The notes under the pieces: model-generated
Database searches by the model: none
Seen by the model: only the letters and a program-made list of their open reading frames with translations
What the model was told of the DNA's origin: nothing
Shown: positions 63,186-64,000 of the stretch, piece after piece
How positions within the stretch are numbered: position 1 is the stretch's first letter
How the letters are laid out: the number at the start of each line of letters is the position of its first letter
NCBI GenBank assembly: GCA_965214225.1
Contig: OZ243942.1
Span: 1,670,100 to 1,734,099, forward strand
Source of the DNA: Polyangiales bacterium
GTDB lineage: Bacteria; Myxococcota_A; Polyangia; Polyangiales; CBDCBC01
DNA: 64,000 nt
Reading direction: 5' to 3'
Position numbers and translations under genes: made by a program

Positions 63186-63250
63186 ACTCAGACACTTGCG
63201 GACTCAGACATTTGCGGACTCAGACACTTGCGCTGAGACATTTGCTGAGA
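63186..63250. repeat. 16-bp tandem repeat (gactcagacacttgcg) x3 plus decayed units
   Basis: Directly visible upstream of phoH. Confidence 0.8.
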
Positions 63251-63435
63251 TGCGTGCGACAGACATACGAAGAACAGCTCCTGCCTAGGCCATCAAGCAG
63301 CTACTTCACGTAGTGAAGCTTATCACTTTGCAGCAGCGAAACCCATAGTTGCTTCTACCAAAGACTCCAAGGCCCGCGTTCTGCGCTAGCGTCTTTCGCC
63401 TCGTGGATGTTACGATAGACTCGAGAGGAGCTGGT

Positions 63436-64000
63436 ATGCCATCAGAGCAGTCGTCGATGGTTGCGCAGATTGCTGCGCTTCAAGACTACGACCAATATCG
63501 TGATCTCCACTGGGAAGGTTCCTACGAGGACTACCTCAACATCGTTCGGGAGACGCCGCAGGTCACCCGCAACGCGTTCCAGCGGCTCTACGACATGGTC
63601 ATCAGCTACGGTGAGCAGGAGTACATCGACAACAAGAAAAGGCTCACGCGTTATCCCTTCTTTGATGACCCCATGGGAGCGGGACGCGACGCCATCTTTG
63701 GGCTCGACATCCCACTCATGCGCCTTGTGCACGTGCTTCAGGCGGCAGCCGCGGGGTACGGTCCTGAGCGCCGCGTGATTCTCCTCCACGGGCCAGTAGG
63801 CTCCTCCAAAAGCACGATTGCGCGGCTTCTCAAAAAGGGGGCCGAGGCGTACTCCCGGACGCCAGAAGGCGCGCTCTATACCTACCGCTGGGTCAATCTT
63901 GCGAACACCGGTTTGACGTTTGGCGATGAGGATGAGTTTCCTTGCCCAATGCATGAGGACCCGTTGCGCCTCGTTCCATCGGAGTGGCGACAGAAAGTCA
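63436..64000 (+). CDS. prkA: PrkA/YeaG family serine protein kinase/AAA (3'-truncated by the window)
   Basis: GAGGAG RBS; [10 protein letters not shown]...[10 protein letters not shown]...[14 protein letters not shown]...CPMHEDPL. Confidence 0.92.
   Translation, partial: MPSEQSSMVAQIAALQDYDQYRDLHWEGSYEDYLNIVRETPQVTRNAFQRLYDMVISYGEQEYIDNKKRLTRYPFFDDPMGAGRDAIFGLDIPLMRLVHVLQAAAAGYGPERRVILLHGPVGSSKSTIARLLKKGAEAYSRTPEGALYTYRWVNLANTGLTFGDEDEFPCPMHEDPLRLVPSEWRQKV

Noticed and set aside
63442-63954. Listed ORFs 63442-63954 (-) and 63461-63778 (+)
   Set aside because: They are shadow frames of the open-ended prkA frame starting at 63436

Overview
GC-rich bacterial chromosomal window. Myxococcota affinity is inferred from the many orphan lipoproteins, the HTH-DUF4423 protein, the PHA-system protein and PrkA. 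The conserved backbone is tRNA-Gln(TTG), pabB, qor, an alpha-2-macroglobulin, typA, ilvB, ilvN, gyrB, tatBC, a PqqC/CADD-like protein, a DASS permease, an Slt, lolC/E, DUF1704, PIN-PhoH and a partial prkA. It is interleaved with about 12 lipoprotein genes (mostly orphans), several toxin-antitoxin/nucleotidyltransferase modules, decayed and nested IS elements (IS30, a TTGCCTCA-ended DDE element, ISAs1) and pseudogenes. The most notable signals are: (1) a displaced, synonymously recoded 5' copy of ilvN bracketing a 5-kb cargo segment, suggesting a gene-restoring island; (2) two dispersed palindromic repeat families whose stems covary between copies, one carrying a relocatable 33-bp module; (3) a four-copy TGTAAAG-N4-CTTTACA palindrome; (4) a trypsin-like lipoprotein with all three catalytic residues replaced; (5) pervasive 14-24 bp tandem duplications. 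All assignments come from motifs read by eye; no database searches were run.
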